From positions 1 through 11,952 of the forward strand of contig JBDKRC010000287.1 in NCBI GenBank assembly GCA_039683575.1: DNA of 11,952 bases, in the 5' to 3' direction. Below are positions 7,843 to 11,952 of this stretch, one piece after another (the stretch's first letter is position 1; the number at the start of each line of letters is the position of its first letter). The position numbers were made by a program, and so were the translations under genes. This DNA is from Armatimonadia bacterium (GTDB lineage: Bacteria > Armatimonadota > Zipacnadia > Zipacnadales > UBA11051). The notes below the pieces were generated by a model. The model saw only the letters and a program-made list of their open reading frames with translations, did not search any database and had not been told where the DNA came from.

Positions 7843-8844
7843 CTAGCCAAGCATGACGATCTTGCCGGTCCGTGCCGACTCCTCGGCGGCGAGACAAGCC
7901 TTGACCGCGGCCATGGATTCCTCCGGCGTGATGATCGTGGGCTTCACGCCATCGATGACGCAGTTGGCGAAGTACATTAGCTCATCGCGCAGAGCGCCGG
8001 TGAGGCGGCCCTGGAAGATCGGCCAGTACGTGGTGTCCACCGAGTGCCACCCCGTCTTGTCGCAAAGCGAGAAGTTCGGGTGGGTCTCGTGGATGTGAAC
8101 GCTGCCCTCGGTGCCGATGATTTCCATGCGCTCGTCAATCTGCATGGCGGTGGTGTCAGGAAGGCACCAGTTGTTTTCGAGCACGGCGGTGGCGCCGCTC
8201 TCCATGCGATACATTGTCCAGCCGATATCGGGATTGCCCAGCCCGCGGACGTCCGTGGTCTGCGCGTAGGCACTGACGACCTTGTCCTGGGAGTACCAGA
8301 GCAGGATGTCGGTGTCATGCACGCCGTCGCCGATGATGGGGCCGATCTTGGGCAGGACGCTGGCACCGACCCAGGCCGGGATATTGCGACGGGCGTACAT
8401 GGAGACGATCTTACCGATCTTGCCCTCGGCAATTGCGTCCTTGCCGGCGGCATAGCGGGGGTTGAAGCGGACGATGTGCCCGGTCATGAAGGCCTTGTCC
8501 GTGGCATTGGCGGCGTTCACGATGGCCTGGCAGTCCTCGACGGTCGAGGCCATGGGCTTTTCGAGGAAGACGTTCTTGCCGGCCTGTAGGGCAGCGACGG
8601 CAGGGGCCTTGTGCTGATCCCACATGGTGGTGATACTGACGGCCTCAAGCTCCGGGTCCGCGAGCATCTCGTTGTAGTCGGTGAAGATCTTCGTCGCGCC
8701 GAACTTCTCCTTCAGCTCACTCAGCCGGCTTTCTGTGCGGGTACAGAGACTGTAGATCTCAACCTGCGGGATGGCCTGGAGAGCCTCAAGGTGCTTTTCG
8801 CCAAACCAGCCGAGGCCAATGACGCCGTACTTCACTTTTCGCAT
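7843..8844 (-). CDS. Gfo/Idh/MocA family NAD(P)-dependent oxidoreductase
   Basis: Rossmann motif YGVIGLGWFG, YNEMLADPELEAV, FLEKPMA, GHIVRFNP and GVHDTD. ATG at 8844 with SD AAGGGAG (plus strand 8853-8859). Substrate unknown. Confidence 0.94.
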   Translation of the reverse strand: MRKVKYGVIGLGWFGEKHLEALQAIPQVEIYSLCTRTESRLSELKEKFGATKIFTDYNEMLADPELEAVSITTMWDQHKAPAVAALQAGKNVFLEKPMASTVEDCQAIVNAANATDKAFMTGHIVRFNPRYAAGKDAIAEGKIGKIVSMYARRNIPAWVGASVLPKIGPIIGDGVHDTDILLWYSQDKVVSAYAQTTDVRGLGNPDIGWTMYRMESGATAVLENNWCLPDTTAMQIDERMEIIGTEGSVHIHETHPNFSLCDKTGWHSVDTTYWPIFQGRLTGALRDELMYFANCVIDGVKPTIITPEESMAAVKACLAAEESARTGKIVMLG

Positions 8845-8920
8845 ACTGATCGCTCCCTTGCGCCGTGGACCCTGGCGCGTGATGTGTCGGCAAGCATACG
8901 GCAGACGGACCGCACTAAGC

Positions 8921-8947
8921 ATTCGCCACTCGCAGAGCGGGACCTGC
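8921..8947 (-). promoter_or_regulatory. Putative sigmaH-like promoter of the Gfo/Idh/MocA gene
   Basis: Minus strand GCAGGT-cccgctctgcgagtggc (17 nt)-GAAT, ending 76 nt upstream of the ATG and correctly oriented. Confidence 0.45.
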
Positions 8948-8954
8948 ACGCGAG

Positions 8955-8971
8955 AACATGTTAAACATGTT
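8955..8971. promoter_or_regulatory. Putative operator box 1 (17-bp palindrome)
   Basis: AACATGTT-A-AACATGTT, a perfect inverted repeat that is also a 9-bp-period direct repeat; an AT-rich island in a divergent intergenic region. Confidence 0.55.
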
Positions 8972-9005
8972 GAACAAGAAGCATGGTCCAGGCGTCAGGA
9001 TGCGC

Positions 9006-9022
9006 GTCATGGTCAACATGAC
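9006..9022. promoter_or_regulatory. Putative operator box 2 (17-bp palindrome)
   Basis: GTCATG-GTCAA-CATGAC; shares CATGnTnAACATG with box 1 and starts 51 bp downstream of it. Confidence 0.5.
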
Positions 9023-9057
9023 AATAGATCGCGGAGTGGGTGAAAGGAGAAGGGGTT

Positions 9058-9780
9058 ATGAAGGTCACGATGGCGTTGCTGCTGCTTCTTGTGGTGGTGG
9101 GGATGTGCTTCGTAATGGGCTGCTCGGACGACGATAACGACGTGGTCATTCCGGCAGACATGCGAGGAACCTGGTTGCTCGTGGCGTATGACGACGAGAA
9201 CATGCCGGTCGGCGGGGGCTTGGTGAACGTGGCCGCCAATGGCAAGGTCACGGCCTACGAGGCCGACGAGATCGACGCGGCGCAGGCGGACGAAGCCGTG
9301 GTCTCAGGCAGGGTCACTGAAGCGGGCGCGCTGACAGCGACGGCCGAATTCGGCGAAGTGACATACAACGTGGTAGGCACTTTGGGCGAAAATGACAATG
9401 GTTCCGGAACGTGGGAGTCCGAAGGCGGCGACCCGGACGATCCCGATTCCGGCACCTTCGTGGCTTGCCGAGCGGATGGTGCGGAGTTCGCCGGGACCTG
9501 GAATGGCACCGTTTCGGGCGACTTCAGTGGCAGCCAGTCGGCTCAAGTGAGTGCGTCTGGTGTGATCACCGGACAGGTCGACGTTGGCGGTGTTGTTGCG
9601 GAGCTCATTGGTGTCATCAACGGCAACAACGACATCTTGGGAGTCTGGGGCATGACGGAGGATACCCCGATTGTCGTGGCACCTGGCAGCGCGACTTCCG
9701 AGAATGAAGCAAGCGGCACGTGGCTGGCCGACAGCGGCGCGACGGGCACCTGGGACGCAACGCGGTCAGACGCCGACTAG
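9058..9780 (+). CDS. Hypothetical acidic, Gly-rich lipoprotein with two tandem beta-rich domains
   Basis: MK, hydrophobic core, lipobox-like VMG|C22, then SDDDND. SD-like AAAGGAGAAGGGG at 9043-9055. Six GT(W/F) motifs; residues 33-141 align with 142-240. Confidence 0.82.
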   Translation: MKVTMALLLLLVVVGMCFVMGCSDDDNDVVIPADMRGTWLLVAYDDENMPVGGGLVNVAANGKVTAYEADEIDAAQADEAVVSGRVTEAGALTATAEFGEVTYNVVGTLGENDNGSGTWESEGGDPDDPDSGTFVACRADGAEFAGTWNGTVSGDFSGSQSAQVSASGVITGQVDVGGVVAELIGVINGNNDILGVWGMTEDTPIVVAPGSATSENEASGTWLADSGATGTWDATRSDAD

Positions 9781-9806
9781 ATGGCTTCGACGCAAGATGC
9801 ATACTG

Positions 9807-9837
9807 AAAGGGGCGGCCTGAGACGGCCGCCTCTTTT
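9807..9837 (+). terminator. Intrinsic terminator of the lipoprotein gene
   Basis: AAAGGGGCGGCC (9807-9818), loop TGAGAC, GGCCGCCTCTTT (9825-9836), with one G-U pair and ending in TTTT. Confidence 0.75.
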
Positions 9838-9864
9838 GGCATTTGTGGCTCATGGTGCTATACT
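9836..9864 (+). promoter_or_regulatory. Sigma70/sigmaA promoter of the DUF89 gene
   Basis: TTGGCA (9836-9841)-17 nt-TATACT (9859-9864) with extended -10 TG at 9856-9857; 49 nt upstream of the predicted start. Confidence 0.75.
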
Positions 9865-9913
9865 GACCGCCTGTTGCGGTGTGGTTGGGAGACAGGTTCT
9901 GAAGAGGTGTACG

Positions 9914-10795
9914 TTGAAGGCTTCAAATGCGTGTTTGCCGTGTATGATCGGGCAGGCCTATAACACGGCAGTCCTGTGCACGGATGATGAGAAGATTCAG
10001 AAAGAGGTTCTCGATGCAGTGCTGGCGCGGTATGCCGGCCTGGATCTGGAGGAGACGCCGGCAGTGTTGTCGCAACTCGCCTATGAGCTGTGCCGCAGCA
10101 TGACCGGCTGTGACGATCCCTATCTCGCGCTGAAGCGTTCCTCCAACGAGGCGGCAATGCGGCTGTACCCGGAACTGAAGAACCGGCTGGCCGCGGCAGC
10201 CGACCCCCTGCGCGATGCGCTCCTGCTGGCGGTTGCCGGCAACATCATTGATCTGGCCATAGCGCAAGAGTATGACCTGAGCAAGGACATCGTGGCCCAG
10301 GTGGACCGGGGCTTTGATGTCGATGAGTTGGAGGCCTTCCGCAAGGCCGCAAGCATGGCGCAGCGCATCCTGTACCTCGGAGACAACGCCGGGGAGATAG
10401 TCTTCGACCGGCTGCTGATCGAGGTCCTCGGCCCAGAGCGCGTGACGCTGATGGTGAAGGCGGGGCCAATTGTGAACGATGCGCTGCTTGAGGACGCGGA
10501 GACGGTCGGGCTGGCAGGGCTCGTGCGGGTTGTGGACACGGGCAGCAACTACTTCGGCTTCCCGTGGGAACACGTGAGCGAAGCGGCCCGAGACGAGTTC
10601 CGCGCGGCGGATATGGTTATCGCGAAGGGTCATGCGAACTTCGAGACCGTGACGGAACTGGGCCCTGAAGCCAATAAGACCTGGTACCTGCTCAAAGTGA
10701 AGTGCAAGGAAGTGGCGCGGCAGATAGGGACGCACTGCGGCGCTGTGGTCCTTCTGTCGCATCAGAAGGTCAAAGAGGCCTCAGAGAACGCTTAG
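9914..10795 (+). CDS. DUF89 / ARMT1-like metal-dependent damage-control phosphatase (subfamily I-like)
   Basis: N-terminal MK-x4-CLPC, DPY-x-x-x-K, AVAGNIID, YLGDNAGEIVFD, PIVNDA, AKGHANFET and LKVKC. TTG 9914 with SD GAGGT at 9904-9908 (the ORF track start at 9671 is over-extended). Confidence 0.92.
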   Translation: MKASNACLPCMIGQAYNTAVLCTDDEKIQKEVLDAVLARYAGLDLEETPAVLSQLAYELCRSMTGCDDPYLALKRSSNEAAMRLYPELKNRLAAAADPLRDALLLAVAGNIIDLAIAQEYDLSKDIVAQVDRGFDVDELEAFRKAASMAQRILYLGDNAGEIVFDRLLIEVLGPERVTLMVKAGPIVNDALLEDAETVGLAGLVRVVDTGSNYFGFPWEHVSEAARDEFRAADMVIAKGHANFETVTELGPEANKTWYLLKVKCKEVARQIGTHCGAVVLLSHQKVKEASENA

Positions 10796-10821
10796 GTCGG
10801 TTCGTCCCGAACCGACCTAAG
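10791..10821. terminator. Perfect 14-bp hairpin between convergent genes (terminator-like, no U-tract)
   Basis: CTTAGGTCGGTTCG-TCC-CGAACCGACCTAAG; includes the DUF89 TAG stop and ends 9 nt before the stop of the convergent gene. Confidence 0.55.
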
Positions 10822-10830
10822 TGATAGAAC

Positions 10831-11829
10831 CTAGTTCCGCACCAGCTTCCACACGTCGGGTTGCATGTTGTTCCCTGCCACCATCCACAGCGCATCATCA
10901 TGCACAAACAGGCTCGCAGCATGCCGCGGAGCCCAGGGAGTGGCGGGAAGCTCGATCCACTCTACTCCATCGGACGAATACCACACGTCGTTGCGGTTGC
11001 CCTGATTCCACCCCTCCATGACCCACATCCTGTCATCCCACACGGCGACCTCGTGGTACTGGCGTGGCTCCCAGGCTGCGTGCTCGGTATGGCAGGTCCA
11101 TTTCACCCCGTCGTCGGTGCTCCAGACGTCATTGTAGAACTTGCGCTCCGGCGTCGTGGGTGTGTCGTATGTGCCCCCGCCCAGGATCCACAGCCGCTTC
11201 TTGAAGATGACCTGCCCGGAACTCATGCCGCGGGGCGCCCAGGGCGCATGTTCGAGCACGCGCTCCCACTTCTTCCCGTCGCCGCTTGACCACACGTCGT
11301 TGTAGAATATCTCCTCACCGCCCGCGAAGGCCGGCATGGTCTGGCCGCCCATGACCCAGAGCTTGCCGCGGAATGAATAGGTGAGATGCAGCACGCGTGG
11401 CGCCCATGGGACTTCATCCAGCACCAGCGTCCAGTTCACCCCGTCCAGGCTGCTCCAGACGTCGTTTTGGTAGTGCTTCTGGTTACAATCCCCACCGACC
11501 ACCCACATTCTGCCATGGTGGACGACCCAGCCGGCGGTATGTCGACCCTCCCACGGGGCCTCGGGGTTGACCTCGCTCCAGTTGAGGCCGTCTCTTGAAG
11601 CCCAGACTTCGCTGTTGCAGATCTTGGGGAAATTGACCTTGTCGCCGGGATTCCAACCCCCGAGCAGCCACATTCGGCCGTAGAAGGTCAGGGCTCCGGC
11701 GCCGTCACGGGCGGCGAAGGGGGCGTTGAGAGTGATCTGTTCCCAATGGTATGGCAAGGTTTGGGCCTCCGAGCGGTTTTGAGCGAGAAGTAAGCCAAGT
11801 GGCAGCAGGATCGCGAGGCGGGTTGCCAT
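10831..11829 (-). CDS. Secreted six-bladed Kelch-like beta-propeller with short Asp-box motifs
   Basis: Six ~50-aa repeats P(W/F)xxR...(R/K)(M/L)W(V/I/L)xGG...NDVWSSxDGxxW. Signal peptide MATRLAILLPLGLLLAQNRSEA|Q from ATG 11829, with AGGGGT upstream. Confidence 0.88.
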   Translation of the reverse strand: MATRLAILLPLGLLLAQNRSEAQTLPYHWEQITLNAPFAARDGAGALTFYGRMWLLGGWNPGDKVNFPKICNSEVWASRDGLNWSEVNPEAPWEGRHTAGWVVHHGRMWVVGGDCNQKHYQNDVWSSLDGVNWTLVLDEVPWAPRVLHLTYSFRGKLWVMGGQTMPAFAGGEEIFYNDVWSSGDGKKWERVLEHAPWAPRGMSSGQVIFKKRLWILGGGTYDTPTTPERKFYNDVWSTDDGVKWTCHTEHAAWEPRQYHEVAVWDDRMWVMEGWNQGNRNDVWYSSDGVEWIELPATPWAPRHAASLFVHDDALWMVAGNNMQPDVWKLVRN

Positions 11830-11862
11830 GACGTGGACCCCTGACCAGCAATGGTGAGAGAT

Positions 11863-11891
11863 GATTCGGCAAAACAGGGGAGTGTTCCTGC
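11863..11891 (-). promoter_or_regulatory. Putative sigmaH-like promoter of the beta-propeller gene
   Basis: Minus strand GCAGGA-acactcccctgttttgcc (18 nt)-GAATC, ending 33 nt upstream of ATG 11829. Confidence 0.55.
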
Positions 11892-11952
11892 CTTCTCGTC
11901 CCCGGCACGGCAACCTGTCAACGCAAAGTAGAAATGTCCCTCTATCTGCCAG

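Noticed and set aside
8954..8975. GAACATGTT repeats as a LexA/SOS box
   Set aside because: They fit neither GAAC-N4-GTTC nor GAAC-N7-GAAC, and the flanking genes are not repair genes.
10827..10837. GAAC-CTA-GTTC mini-palindrome as an operator
   Set aside because: Only 4-bp arms, overlapping a stop codon between convergent 3' ends where no promoter is expected.

Overview
GC-rich bacterial chromosome, probably Armatimonadota (inferred from the prepilin leader [31 protein letters not shown]...YAQDYDE). The + strand of 1-6941 is a co-directional core cluster: TPR protein (open at the 5' end), nadK, recN, a four-subunit Vor-type 2-oxoacid:ferredoxin oxidoreductase, and a prokaryotic translin/TRAX-family protein. 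Then come five single genes: a DUF1559/H-X9-DG prepilin-like gene (+), a Gfo/Idh/MocA oxidoreductase (-), an acidic lipoprotein with an internal duplication (+), a DUF89/ARMT1-like phosphatase (+) and a secreted Kelch/Asp-box beta-propeller (-). I see no RNA gene, CRISPR array, transposase or phage gene, and no clearly new multi-gene system. The best leads are non-coding: (1) three copies of a GTGG-headed REP-like palindrome flanking nadK, two forming a REPIN-like doublet; (2) a sigmaH-like motif GCAGG(A/T)-N17/18-GAA(T/A) upstream of three separate genes; (3) two CATG-N5-CATG palindromes in the divergent 8845-9057 spacer. The translin homolog with a TRAX-type acidic site is the most notable protein.
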